From an uncultured Ruminococcus sp. (GTDB lineage: Bacteria > Bacillota > Clostridia > Oscillospirales > Acutalibacteraceae), in the NCBI GenBank assembly GCA_944412525.1, contig CALYBM010000077.1, positions 27,044 to 91,043 of the forward strand: DNA of 64,000 nucleotides. The letters run 5' to 3'. The first letter of the stretch is position 1; the number at the start of each line of letters is the position of its first letter. The notes below the pieces were generated by a model, which saw nothing but the letters and a program-made list of their open reading frames with translations, was not told the origin of the DNA and ran no database searches. The translations under genes were made by a program, and so were the position numbers. Positions 25,263 to 34,870 of this stretch are shown piece after piece.

Positions 25263-26366
25263 TTGTTTGATAATTATGCATCAGTTTTAGGCTTGGGAAA
25301 TTTTTCACCAATTTATAAATCAAGATTAAGAGAAGATGTAAAATTAAAAAAGAAAATAGGCAAGTTTTTAAAAGAAATCAGGCAGGAAACTAAACAGGAA
25401 ATTTGTTATTACTGTGGTAATGAGTTTACCAGTTTATGCAATTCTCATTCTATACCTGCGTTTGTTTTAAGAAACATTGCTGAAAACGGAGAGGTTCTTA
25501 CTTTAAATGCATTTATAGATAATCCCATATTGAAAACTGACAAAGGTGTTAATAATTCTGGGACATTTAATTTAATTTGTAGAAATTGTGATAGTAAGAT
25601 TTTTTCAGAATATGAAAATCCGGAAAATTATATTGATCCACCAACACAAAAAATGCTTGCACAAATAGCGTTGAAAAATAATCTATTGGCAATAAGCAAA
25701 AGAATGTTTGAAATTAACTTATATGAAAAAGCAGAAAAAGAACTTGCATTACCATCTGAATTTAGGCAGTTAAAAAATGATATAAACGCAATGGATTTAA
25801 ACGAATACATTGAAAACTATAAAAAGGCTAAAAAATCTCTAGAGAAAAACAGTACATCAGATTACTATTTGTGTTATTACGAAAAACTGAATTATGTAGT
25901 ACCGATAGCTTTTCAAGGAGCAATAGCATTGATTTCAGACTTTGAAGGAAATATTATTAATAATATTTATAATATGTCTCCAAAATATAAAATAAAATAT
26001 ATAAATATATGCGTATTTCCATTAAAAAACGAAACTGCAATTTTTATGTTTATAGAAAATGGTGATAACCGTTATAGAAAATTTTATAGGCAGTTTAACA
26101 AGCTGGATAAAGATGATAAATTACAGGCATTAACTTACATAATATTTTCTTACTCTGAAGAAGTTTATTTTTCAAAGCAAATCCAAAGTGATATATTTTC
26201 TAACGAGAAACTTAAAAAAATTAGCAGAAACACTTCTGAAATATTATCTACTAACCCTTTTGTTAAACCTCTATTAGTTGCAACGGATACATATGATTTA
26301 TCTGGGAGAAAATTTGTACCAAATATTCTTTCTAAAAAATATAAGATACATACAACTAAAGAATAA
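25263..26366 (+). CDS. Low-GC hypothetical protein with an HNH/Zn-finger-like N-terminus
   Basis: CYYCG...CNSHSIP..VL...NLICRNCD..FSEYE; visibly AT-rich codons. Confidence 0.6.
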   Translation: MFDNYASVLGLGNFSPIYKSRLREDVKLKKKIGKFLKEIRQETKQEICYYCGNEFTSLCNSHSIPAFVLRNIAENGEVLTLNAFIDNPILKTDKGVNNSGTFNLICRNCDSKIFSEYENPENYIDPPTQKMLAQIALKNNLLAISKRMFEINLYEKAEKELALPSEFRQLKNDINAMDLNEYIENYKKAKKSLEKNSTSDYYLCYYEKLNYVVPIAFQGAIALISDFEGNIINNIYNMSPKYKIKYINICVFPLKNETAIFMFIENGDNRYRKFYRQFNKLDKDDKLQALTYIIFSYSEEVYFSKQIQSDIFSNEKLKKISRNTSEILSTNPFVKPLLVATDTYDLSGRKFVPNILSKKYKIHTTKE

Positions 26367-26706
26367 AAATCTAGTAATTCAAACAATTACATAGAGAACA
26401 TTTCAAGAATAGAAAAAATATTCAATTGCTGTCGTTTATTTATTTAATCGGATGATAATTTTAAAAGTCATAATATTTTTAAAGATATATTTTCTGATAA
26501 TATGCAGTTTTTTCTTAAATTGGCAGTAAAATTTATTGTTTATCGTGTTGAAAATCCTCATTAAAATGTTATAATTGTGTCAGTCCGTAGGTAAAACTAA
26601 AATCAGAATTTTAAGTGAGTGTAAATGGATATGAACAATTGGTTTTGTTTATTATCCGATTATGATATGACATAATAGTTATAATATTATGATTTCAGGA
26701 GGAATT

Positions 26707-27222
26707 ATGAAACTTATATTAACTGACAAACCATTAAATATTTCAACTGATAGTTTAGATAAAAGCGTAAAAATAATAGATTTATCAACTCTGAAAATTG
26801 CAAATTGCATGGGATGTTACGGCTGTTGGACAAAAACGCCCGGAAAATGCGTGATAAGGGATGACGCCGTAGGCGTTTATCCTTGCATCGCAAAAAGCGA
26901 CGAGGTGTTGTATATCAGTTCGGTTAAATACGGATGTTACGATACAACGATGAAAACCATGCTTGAGCGCGCAATTCCCGTGCAGCAGGCGTTTATTCGC
27001 CTTGTGAACGGTGAGACTCACCATGTGCAGAGAGATGTCGCTATGAAAAACGCAGTGATTATTGCGTACGGAGATATATCCGCTGAAGAAAAAGAGGTTT
27101 TTGAAAAACTTGTAGAACGCAATTCAAAAAATATGAATTTCAAAAGCTGCAAAGTGTTTTTTACAACAGAATCTTTATTGGAAGAAACCGTAAACAACGA
27201 GGTGAGAAAATGGAAAATATAA
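26707..27222 (+). CDS. Flavodoxin-like / iron-sulfur flavoprotein family
   Basis: KIANCMGCYGCWTKTPGKCVIRDD...MKTMLER. Confidence 0.75.
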   Translation: MKLILTDKPLNISTDSLDKSVKIIDLSTLKIANCMGCYGCWTKTPGKCVIRDDAVGVYPCIAKSDEVLYISSVKYGCYDTTMKTMLERAIPVQQAFIRLVNGETHHVQRDVAMKNAVIIAYGDISAEEKEVFEKLVERNSKNMNFKSCKVFFTTESLLEETVNNEVRKWKI

Positions 27223-27818
27223 TTATTTTAAACGCAAGCCCCAGAGCACCGAAATCGAATTCAAAAATTTACGCGCAAATATTTCAAAAATACAGTAAAT
27301 TACCGACTGAATATTTTAATATTAATAAATTAAACCATATGGAGATTTGCAACAAAATCGAGCAGTTTTCTCAGGTTTTGTTTGTTTTTCCGCTTTATGC
27401 GGATTCAATTCCCGTTACACTTCTCAATTTTTTGAAAACTCTCGAAAATAATCCCCCGAAAAACAAACCCGTTATCTCGGTTTTGATAAACTGCGGATTT
27501 ATTGAGCCCGAACAAAATGATACGGCAGTAAAAATTATGCAGATTTTTTGCAAACAAAACGGCTATGTTTTCGGCTCGGTTTTAAAAATCGGAAGCGGTG
27601 AGGCGATTTTAGAAACACCGTTTAGATTTTTTGTTTCCCGTAAAATCAAAAAGCTTGCATCTTCGCTTAAAAACAAAAACTACGGTGTATTCAAGACTAC
27701 TATGCCGATTTCAAAAAATACATTTATCAAAGCATCTACTAATTACTGGATAAATTACGGCAAGAAAAACGGCGTTTCTAAAGAAGAAATGCAAACTATG
27801 AAAATAGAGAATAATTAA
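27210..27818 (+). CDS. Flavodoxin-like NAD(P)H-dependent oxidoreductase
   Basis: LNASPRAPKSNS, FPLYADSIP, INCGFIEPEQ. Confidence 0.75.
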   Translation: MENIIILNASPRAPKSNSKIYAQIFQKYSKLPTEYFNINKLNHMEICNKIEQFSQVLFVFPLYADSIPVTLLNFLKTLENNPPKNKPVISVLINCGFIEPEQNDTAVKIMQIFCKQNGYVFGSVLKIGSGEAILETPFRFFVSRKIKKLASSLKNKNYGVFKTTMPISKNTFIKASTNYWINYGKKNGVSKEEMQTMKIENN

Positions 27819-28007
27819 TTGTATTTTGTATTTTACAAAATTGCGTCATCAGCGTAATTTAACACAACACAAACAAACATTTATAAAAATCCATATTCAA
27901 AACACATTGTGTTGATTTAGCTTAAAAATGTTATATTTTACCTTTTTTTAAATCTCAAACTTGAAAAAGCAACAAAAATACTGTAAAATATAGTAAATAA
28001 TAACGAA

Positions 28008-28580
28008 ATGAGAGTTCTTATGAGTATTGAAAGAATTTATTTCGAGCTTGAAAAACACAATACCGATGAATATTATATAGAACTGGCACAAAATGATGTT
28101 TTGTTTATTCCCGTAGTCATAGATATTATGCTTGATGACAAAAACTCCGTAAATCTTTGGGCAGAGTCAATCATTGAAAGACACAGCGAGGTAAATCCTC
28201 TTGTTGTTTATCCGTATATCGGGTATATATCAAAATTAATTGATAGAAACGATTCGGTTAACAGTTTGAGTGTTTGGAGAATTATTTGTAACCTGCTTGT
28301 GTGCGATTATAATAATTTCTGGCAGAATTTAAGAGATAAGTATTACAAATCCCTTAATTCAAGCTATATATCTGAATTTTCAATAGCATGTGCATGTGCC
28401 TGCAAAGTAGCTGATGCAAAGCCTGATGAACAAAAACATATTGAGGAGATTTTAAATAGTATTGATAACCGAAACTTTTATCTGGGAGAATCGGTTTGTG
28501 AACAGGCTAAGAAAATTGCAAAAGAAAAGGCAGGCGAGGTGCTTGACTCATTTGCCTGCAATAATAAAAAATCTTTATAG
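28008..28580 (+). CDS. Hypothetical all-helical (HEAT/ARM-like) protein
   Basis: 190 aa ORF with an upstream TTGAAA...TAAAAT promoter; fold is inferred. Confidence 0.55.
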   Translation: MRVLMSIERIYFELEKHNTDEYYIELAQNDVLFIPVVIDIMLDDKNSVNLWAESIIERHSEVNPLVVYPYIGYISKLIDRNDSVNSLSVWRIICNLLVCDYNNFWQNLRDKYYKSLNSSYISEFSIACACACKVADAKPDEQKHIEEILNSIDNRNFYLGESVCEQAKKIAKEKAGEVLDSFACNNKKSL

Positions 28581-28631
28581 CTATAATGAAAACGGCTGTA
28601 TCAAAACTAATTGATACAGCCGTTAATTGTT

Positions 28632-30254
28632 TTATGAAAGCAATTCAAAGCGTCGCATTTTTGTTCCGTTGTAGTCAACAATATCCGTAAACATATCATA
28701 CGGTCTTGCCCAGAAAGTATCTTTTCCGTCAACGCTTTTGTAAATAACAAGCAATTCTCCTGTTTCGGTATGCTTTGCAACAGACAAAACCTCGTATTCA
28801 TTTCCTTTAAAGTGGCGGTATCTTCCGGGCTTTACCTCGGTGAGCTTTTCAACTGTCTTTTCTTGATTTGTATTATTTTGCGAGTTTACCGCTCTGTCAA
28901 AATCAAGTTTAAAGCTTCCGTCGTTTACAACGAGTATTCTTGTTGAGTAAGGTTTCATGTAAAGCTCATAATAACCGTTTACATCAAATATTTCATTGCC
29001 GTTCAATACATCCGTAAGTTTTGCATTGCATCTTGTGTCAAATCCGATTCTTTCGTCATGGTCGGTGAGATTAAAAGCGACAAAAACGGTTTGATTGTCG
29101 GTGTATCTCTTGTAAACCAGCTTTTCGTTCATGATATTTACATTTTCAAACTTACCGTACTTTAATGCTTCAAGGGCAAGTCGGATTTTACCCAGCTTAA
29201 CTATATGATTAAACAAATTATAATCGGCATTCGGAACATTATTGAGGTCAATGCAGGGGCGAAGCTCATAGTCGCTGTGGTCAGAGCGTCTGCCCTCAAT
29301 ACCGAACTCACTGCCGTAATAAATCGAAGGAACACCGGGCATTGTGTACAAAAGGCTGTAAACATTGAACAGGTGGTTTTTATCTCTAAGCTCACTTGCG
29401 ATGCGGTTTACATCGTGATTGTCAACAAAGTTATAAGTGTATATATTATTATAAATTCCGCCGTTTCCGAACTGCCTGTTAAGCGAGTGTGCAATTTCAA
29501 AATAGTTGTGATCGTTGTGGCTTGAGTATATTCCCTTGTAGCACTCATAGTTTGTGGCAGAGTCAAGTGTTTCACTGTTTGCCCACCTGTTGTAGTCACC
29601 GTGGGTAAGCTCGGCATAAAGCCAAAAATCAGGTTTTTTCGATTTGCACACATGTCTCAGCTTTTTGAAAAATTCAATGTCTATGCAGTCGGCTGCGTCA
29701 AGGCGAAGTCCGTCGATTCCGAATTCATCTATCCAGAATTTAACCGAGTCAAGCAAATAATTTACTACATCATCATTTTGCAAATTCAGCTTTACAAGGT
29801 CATAGTGACCTGCCCATCCCTCGTACCAAAACGGGTCTCCCATTGGACTGCTGCCACCGAAGTTTAGGTTTTGAAACCAATTACAGTAACGGGAGTTTTG
29901 CAGGTTTTGCTGAATGTCCTTAAAAGCAAAAAATTCTCTTCCTACATGATTGAAAACTCCGTCGAGTATAACTCTGATTCCGTTTTCATGGAGAGTATTG
30001 CAAATTTGTTTAAAAGAATTATTATCTCCGAGTCTGCAATCAATCTTTCTGTAGTCGATGGTGTCATAGCCGTGCCTTGAGCTTTCAAAAACAGGATTTA
30101 AAACAAGCACATTTGCCGACAGCTTTTTCATATGTTCAATACAGTCGTAAATTTTATCAAGCCTGTAAACAAGCTTTCCGTCGTTTTCTCTCGGTGCTCC
30201 GCAAAAGCCGAGAGGGTAAATATTGTAAATAACAGCTTCATTAATATAGCTCAT
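28632..30254 (-). CDS. GH13 alpha-amylase/cyclomaltodextrinase-like enzyme with C-terminal DUF1653
   Basis: HGYDTIDY, ILDGVFNH, DGLRLDAA, LYAEL, FVDNHD; C-terminal GRYRHFKGNEYEV..AKHTETGE..WARPYDMF. Confidence 0.88.
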   Translation of the reverse strand: MSYINEAVIYNIYPLGFCGAPRENDGKLVYRLDKIYDCIEHMKKLSANVLVLNPVFESSRHGYDTIDYRKIDCRLGDNNSFKQICNTLHENGIRVILDGVFNHVGREFFAFKDIQQNLQNSRYCNWFQNLNFGGSSPMGDPFWYEGWAGHYDLVKLNLQNDDVVNYLLDSVKFWIDEFGIDGLRLDAADCIDIEFFKKLRHVCKSKKPDFWLYAELTHGDYNRWANSETLDSATNYECYKGIYSSHNDHNYFEIAHSLNRQFGNGGIYNNIYTYNFVDNHDVNRIASELRDKNHLFNVYSLLYTMPGVPSIYYGSEFGIEGRRSDHSDYELRPCIDLNNVPNADYNLFNHIVKLGKIRLALEALKYGKFENVNIMNEKLVYKRYTDNQTVFVAFNLTDHDERIGFDTRCNAKLTDVLNGNEIFDVNGYYELYMKPYSTRILVVNDGSFKLDFDRAVNSQNNTNQEKTVEKLTEVKPGRYRHFKGNEYEVLSVAKHTETGELLVIYKSVDGKDTFWARPYDMFTDIVDYNGTKMRRFELLS

Positions 30255-30375
30255 TAAATCACTCCGTAGTTAATTTGGGAATTATATTGTATCACAGTTT
30301 TTTGTATTGTGCAACGCATTATTTTGTGCTATAATAATACAAATATTTATTTTTTAGATGCGTCGGAGGATAATT

Positions 30376-30834
30376 ATGATAAAAAAGCGTGAGAATAAAA
30401 CAAGAAAAAGATTGAGAATCACTCAGTGTGTTCTTTATCTTTTAGAGATACTTTTTTGTACATTTACATATATACAAATACCTAATCCCGATCAGACACA
30501 ATTAGGATTTTTTGCGACGGCGTTTGATATGATAGGGTACATAGGAGGAAATTTTCCGGACGCCGCACAAACTCAGGCATTTAGCTCGGTTTTGCCGTTG
30601 TTTTTAGTATTCCCGATAATTCCTATAATAGGGTTTTTCTTTTGTGCACTTGATAAGGAGAGAAACCTGAAAAATATTGTATCGGTAATTTGTTGTCTGC
30701 TCGGAGTTTTTTCTATTCTCACGATAGTGTCCTTAAACTTTATGTCATACGGCTCGCTTCTTGCCTTGCTTTTCTATATTTTGATCAGCTTTATTACAGC
30801 TATGGCAATGGTTGCAAGACTTCAGAATGACTGA
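30376..30834 (+). CDS. Membrane protein, about 4 TM
   Basis: Several hydrophobic segments; RBS GGAGG. Confidence 0.65.
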   Translation: MIKKRENKTRKRLRITQCVLYLLEILFCTFTYIQIPNPDQTQLGFFATAFDMIGYIGGNFPDAAQTQAFSSVLPLFLVFPIIPIIGFFFCALDKERNLKNIVSVICCLLGVFSILTIVSLNFMSYGSLLALLFYILISFITAMAMVARLQND

Positions 30835-30959
30835 CAGGATTAACCAGCAAACCGTATTGTATGAATAATATATTTTGTTGTTGACAAAAATAAATAACAG
30901 CAGTATAATTACCGTAATATAGTTACATATTAGTATTTTTAACTTTATGGAGTATCATT

Positions 30960-31142
30960 ATGGGATGGCTTGTATTTTGGCTGTTGGTGCTTGTGGTGCT
31001 GATAGCTCTTGTGTATCGCAGAAATTCAAATCACGGCTACCGCATGGGAAGCGGAATGTTTAAAAGCAGTGAATATAATCTTGACGAAAAAGAAGAACTG
31101 TCAGACAAGGAGTACTACGACAAAGACGGATTAATGAAATAA
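30960..31142 (+). CDS. Small single-TM protein
   Basis: MGWLVFWLLVLVVLIALVY plus acidic tail; RBS GGAG. Confidence 0.6.
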   Translation: MGWLVFWLLVLVVLIALVYRRNSNHGYRMGSGMFKSSEYNLDEKEELSDKEYYDKDGLMK

Positions 31143-31148
31143 AATTAT

Positions 31149-31181
31149 AGGACTGCATAATTTGTGCAGTCCTTATTTTTT
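31149..31181 (+). terminator. Rho-independent terminator
   Basis: AGGACTGCA-TAATT-TGTGCAGTCCT followed by TATTTTTT. Confidence 0.75.
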
Positions 31182-31360
31182 GCTTTACAGGAAACTGCTC
31201 TAAAACGGTCGGGCAGAGGATGTTTGATAATATCAACATGTCTGCTCGAATTGCGTGTCGAGGCAATCGACTTTTTTGCTTTACAGGAAACTGCTCTAAA
31301 ACGGTCTGGCAGAGAATGTTTGATAATATCAACATGTTTGCCCGAATTGCGTGTCAAGAT
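31176..31360. repeat. Tandem duplication, 96-bp period, 2 copies, intergenic
   Basis: TTTTTTGCTTTACAGGAAACTGCTCTAAAACGGTC..GGCAGAG..ATGTTTGATAATATCAACATG...GAATTGCGTGTC at 31176 and 31272. Confidence 0.9.
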
Positions 31361-31380
31361 ACTCAATTTTTACTTGACAA

Positions 31381-31398
31381 ATACCCGTAGGGGGTATA
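31381..31398. promoter_or_regulatory. CsoR operator within the csoR-copA promoter
   Basis: ATACCCGTAGGGGTATAT lies between TTGACA (31374) and a downstream AT-rich -10, matching the TAC..GGGGTA CsoR box. Confidence 0.8.
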
Positions 31399-31456
31399 TT
31401 ATATTATTAAAAAGAATTTAAAGATCGGTAAAATTTTAAATTTAGGCGGTGAAATA

Positions 31457-31771
31457 ATGGATAATAAAATTAAGGATCACTGTTGCTGTACCCATAAAAC
31501 AAAAAAGCGTGGTGACAGTGAATACAAAAAGCTCATTAACAGGCTCAACAGAATTGAAGGGCAGGTAAGAGGCATAAAAGGAATGGTGGAGAAAGACGCG
31601 TACTGCACGGATATTTTGATTCAGGTTGCAGCTGTAAATTCCGCTTTAAACTCTTTTAACAAGGAACTGCTTGCAAATCATATAAGAACCTGCGTCGCAA
31701 ATGATATAAGAGAGGGCAAGGAAGAAACAATAGATGAGCTTGTAAGCACATTGCAAAGACTTATGAAATAG
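31457..31771 (+). CDS. csoR: Copper-sensing repressor CsoR
   Basis: LINRLNRIEGQVRGIKGMVE..YCTDILIQVAAV..H..TC. Confidence 0.92.
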   Translation: MDNKIKDHCCCTHKTKKRGDSEYKKLINRLNRIEGQVRGIKGMVEKDAYCTDILIQVAAVNSALNSFNKELLANHIRTCVANDIREGKEETIDELVSTLQRLMK

Positions 31772-31789
31772 TACGAATGAGGTGATTAA

Positions 31790-34294
31790 ATGGAACAATA
31801 TAATGTTAAAGGCATGAGCTGTGCCGCTTGCAGTTCAAGGGTTGAAAAGGCGGTTTCAAAGCTTGACGGAGTGGACTCTTGTTCAGTCAGCCTGCTTACA
31901 AACTCTATGAGCGTACAAGGGGATGTTTCTCCCGAAACCGTAATCAAAGCCGTTGAGCAGGCAGGGTATTCTGCCTCGCTTAAGGGAGAAGAAAAAAGTT
32001 TATCTGACGATAAAAGTATCGACAACAGCAAATCAGAGATAGCCGTGCTTTTTAAAAGAGCCGTAGCTTCCGCCTTGTTGCTGATAGTGCTTATGTACCT
32101 TTCAATGGGGCATATGATGTGGGGCTTTCCGATTCCGCAGATTTTGGAAAATAACCACATCGCAATGGGATTGATACAACTGCTTCTGACATCAGCGATT
32201 ATGGTTATTAACCAAAGATTTTTTATAAACGGATTTAAAGCAGTTTTGAAGAAATCTGCCAATATGGACACGCTTGTTGCACTTGGTTCTTCAGCGGCGT
32301 TTGTGTACAGCTTATGTATGCTTTTTGCGATGACCGGGGCACAGCTTGAGGGCGATACCGCACGGGTAATGTCGTATATTCATGAAATGTATTTTGAGTC
32401 GGCGGCAATGATTCTTGCGCTTATCACCATCGGAAAATTGCTCGAAGCACGCTCAAAAGGAAAAACAACAGACGCATTAAAAAGCCTTATAAGACTTTCA
32501 CCTAAAACGGCAGTACTGATTATAGACGGCAAAGAGGTTAAGGTGACGGCTGATAAAGTAAAAATAGGCGATATTTTTGCCGTTCGTCCCGGAGAGAGCA
32601 TTCCCGTTGACGGAGTTGTAATCGACGGAGTAACGGCGGTAGATGAGTCCGCAATAACAGGTGAAAGTATTCCGGCAGATAAATTAAACGGAGACAATGT
32701 TTTTGCGGGTACTGTAAATCAACACGGGTTTATAAAATGCAGGGCATCCAAAGTGGGAGAAGACACAACGCTTTCGCAAATAATAAAAACCGTGAGTGAT
32801 GCAGCCGCAACCAAAGCTCCTATTGCACGGGTCGCAGATAAGGTTGCAGGTGTGTTTGTACCTGTTGTAATTTTGATAGCCGTTTTAACCGCAATAATAT
32901 GGTTTGCGGTAGGTGCCGACACGGGATTTGCACTTTCTCGGGCGATTTCCGTGCTCGTAATAAGCTGTCCTTGTTCGCTCGGTCTCGCAACACCTGTAGC
33001 AATTATGGCAGGCAGCGGCGTGGGAGCAAAAAATTTAATTTTGTTTAAAACGGCTCAGTCGCTTGAACTTTGCGGAAAAGTAAAGGTAGTAGCACTTGAT
33101 AAAACAGGAACAATAACAAAAGGCGAGCCGAATGTCACGGATACCGTTGTTATTGACGGCAGTTTGGAAGAGCTTATGAAAACCGCTCTTACGCTCGAAT
33201 CCAAGAGTGAGCATCCGCTTGCAAAAGCTATTGTAAAGAAAACTGACGAACAGGGTTTTGTACCCGAAAAAGCGGAAGATTTCAAATCGCTTCCGGGACT
33301 CGGCGTATCTGCAAAAACAGACGGCGAAGTAATATGCGGAGGAAATTTAAAATTCATTTCTCAATATGCCCGAATTTCTCAAAAGGCATCGGCAATAGCA
33401 GAAAAATTTGCAGACGAGGGAAAAACTCCGATAATTTTTTCAAAATCGGACAGGATACTCGGTGTTATAGCTGTTGCAGATGAAATTAAAGAAGACAGTG
33501 CAAGTGCCGTAAATCAGCTTCATGATATGGGTATGCGAGTTGTTATGCTCACGGGCGACAATCCTAAAACCGCAAACGCGGTAGGAAAAGCCGCGGGAGT
33601 TGACGAGGTAATCGCAGGTGTTTTGCCGCAGGAAAAGGAAAGATTTGTTTCCGATTTAAAGAAAGACGGTATGGTTGCTATGGTCGGCGACGGTATAAAT
33701 GACGCACCCGCCTTGACAAGCGCCGATGTGGGCATAGCGATTGGAGCGGGTACCGATATTGCGATTGACGCCGCAGATGTTGTTTTGATAAAAAGCCGTC
33801 TTTCAGATGTTTGTGCGGCAATAAGGCTTGGCAGATCAACGCTTAGAATAATTCACGAAAATCTGTTTTGGGCATTCTTTTACAATGTAATCGGAATCCC
33901 CGTTGCGGCAGGTGTGTTTATTTTCCTTACAGGCTGGAGCCTAAGCCCTATGCTTGCGGCGGCGGCAATGAGCATATCAAGTTTTTGCGTAGTTACGAAC
34001 GCTCTGCGTCTTAACTTTGTAAAAATTCACTTAGATAAAACCGATAAAAATAAATCGGCAAAAATAAAATCAGAAAAGGATGAATGCAAAATGACAAAAA
34101 CACTTAAAATCGAAGGTATGATGTGCCAGCACTGCGAGGCACGTGTCAAAAAATCGCTTGAGGAGATAAGCGGGGTAGAAGATGCCTGCGTTAGCCATGA
34201 AAAGGGGACAGCGGTTGTTACACTTAATAAAGATGTTCCTTATGAAGTTCTCAAAAAAGCGGTAGAGGACCAAGGCTACAAGGTGAATGAGTAA
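31790..34294 (+). CDS. copA: Cu(I)-translocating P1B ATPase with N- and C-terminal HMA domains
   Basis: GMSCAAC, CPC, DKTGT, SEHP, GDGINDAP, YN; C-terminal GMMCQHC. Confidence 0.95.
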   Translation: MEQYNVKGMSCAACSSRVEKAVSKLDGVDSCSVSLLTNSMSVQGDVSPETVIKAVEQAGYSASLKGEEKSLSDDKSIDNSKSEIAVLFKRAVASALLLIVLMYLSMGHMMWGFPIPQILENNHIAMGLIQLLLTSAIMVINQRFFINGFKAVLKKSANMDTLVALGSSAAFVYSLCMLFAMTGAQLEGDTARVMSYIHEMYFESAAMILALITIGKLLEARSKGKTTDALKSLIRLSPKTAVLIIDGKEVKVTADKVKIGDIFAVRPGESIPVDGVVIDGVTAVDESAITGESIPADKLNGDNVFAGTVNQHGFIKCRASKVGEDTTLSQIIKTVSDAAATKAPIARVADKVAGVFVPVVILIAVLTAIIWFAVGADTGFALSRAISVLVISCPCSLGLATPVAIMAGSGVGAKNLILFKTAQSLELCGKVKVVALDKTGTITKGEPNVTDTVVIDGSLEELMKTALTLESKSEHPLAKAIVKKTDEQGFVPEKAEDFKSLPGLGVSAKTDGEVICGGNLKFISQYARISQKASAIAEKFADEGKTPIIFSKSDRILGVIAVADEIKEDSASAVNQLHDMGMRVVMLTGDNPKTANAVGKAAGVDEVIAGVLPQEKERFVSDLKKDGMVAMVGDGINDAPALTSADVGIAIGAGTDIAIDAADVVLIKSRLSDVCAAIRLGRSTLRIIHENLFWAFFYNVIGIPVAAGVFIFLTGWSLSPMLAAAAMSISSFCVVTNALRLNFVKIHLDKTDKNKSAKIKSEKDECKMTKTLKIEGMMCQHCEARVKKSLEEISGVEDACVSHEKGTAVVTLNKDVPYEVLKKAVEDQGYKVNE

Positions 34295-34314
34295 AACATA
34301 TAAATTCAGGCAAA

Positions 34315-34350
34315 ACAAAACCCGACCGATTTAAACGGTCGGGTTTTTAA
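34315..34350. terminator. Bidirectional terminator
   Basis: AAAACCCGACCG/CGGTCGGGTTTTT. Confidence 0.85.
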
Positions 34351-34401
34351 TTTTGGCTGATTTATATTTGGTACTCTGTCAGTTGCAGAGCCTGATAACA
34401 A

Positions 34402-34830
34402 TCAGTGACATCCGCACTCATCGCAGTGAGGAACTTTTCCTACAAAAGGTTCGGGGTCAATACCCTGCTTTTGATAGTAGTCCGAGATAGCGGCTTTAAT
34501 AGCCTGCTCTGCAAGCACGGAGCAGTGAACCTTTACAGGCGGAAGTCCGTCAAGTGCCTCCATAACAGCTTTGTTTGTAAGTTTGAGCGCGTCGTTTATA
34601 GACTTGCCCTTTATCATTTCGGTAGCCATACTGCTTGTTGCAATAGCCGCGCCGCAGCCGAAGGTCTTAAACTTAACATCGGTGATGATGTCGTTTTCAA
34701 CCTTGATGTACATTTTCATTATATCTCCGCATTTGGAGTTTCCAACCTCGCCGATACCGTCGGCGTTTTCAATTTCTCCTACATTGCGTGGATTCGCAAA
34801 ATGGTCCATAACCTTTTCGGAATATGCCAT
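34402..34830 (-). CDS. iscU: Fe-S scaffold IscU/NifU
   Basis: YSEKVMDHFANPRNVG, CGD, KTFGCG, LPPVKVHCS. Confidence 0.95.
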   Translation of the reverse strand: MAYSEKVMDHFANPRNVGEIENADGIGEVGNSKCGDIMKMYIKVENDIITDVKFKTFGCGAAIATSSMATEMIKGKSINDALKLTNKAVMEALDGLPPVKVHCSVLAEQAIKAAISDYYQKQGIDPEPFVGKVPHCDECGCH

Positions 34831-34870
34831 AATTTTAACCTCCCTTTATATATATAAATTAATTAAGAGT

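Noticed and set aside
25132-25323. 63-aa minus-strand ORF containing MGGVEP
   Set aside because: It is antisense translation of the tmRNA 3' end, a common artefact.
31176-31360. CRISPR array (the minus strand contains GTTTTAGAGC, like type II repeats)
   Set aside because: Only two units, about 85 bp conserved with about 11 bp variable, the match is just 10 nt, and no cas genes are nearby.
34405-34857. Long antisense ORFs within iscU, copA, uvrA, ftsH, fruR and similar genes
   Set aside because: Shadow ORFs of well-supported genes on the other strand or frame, with no motifs or RBS.
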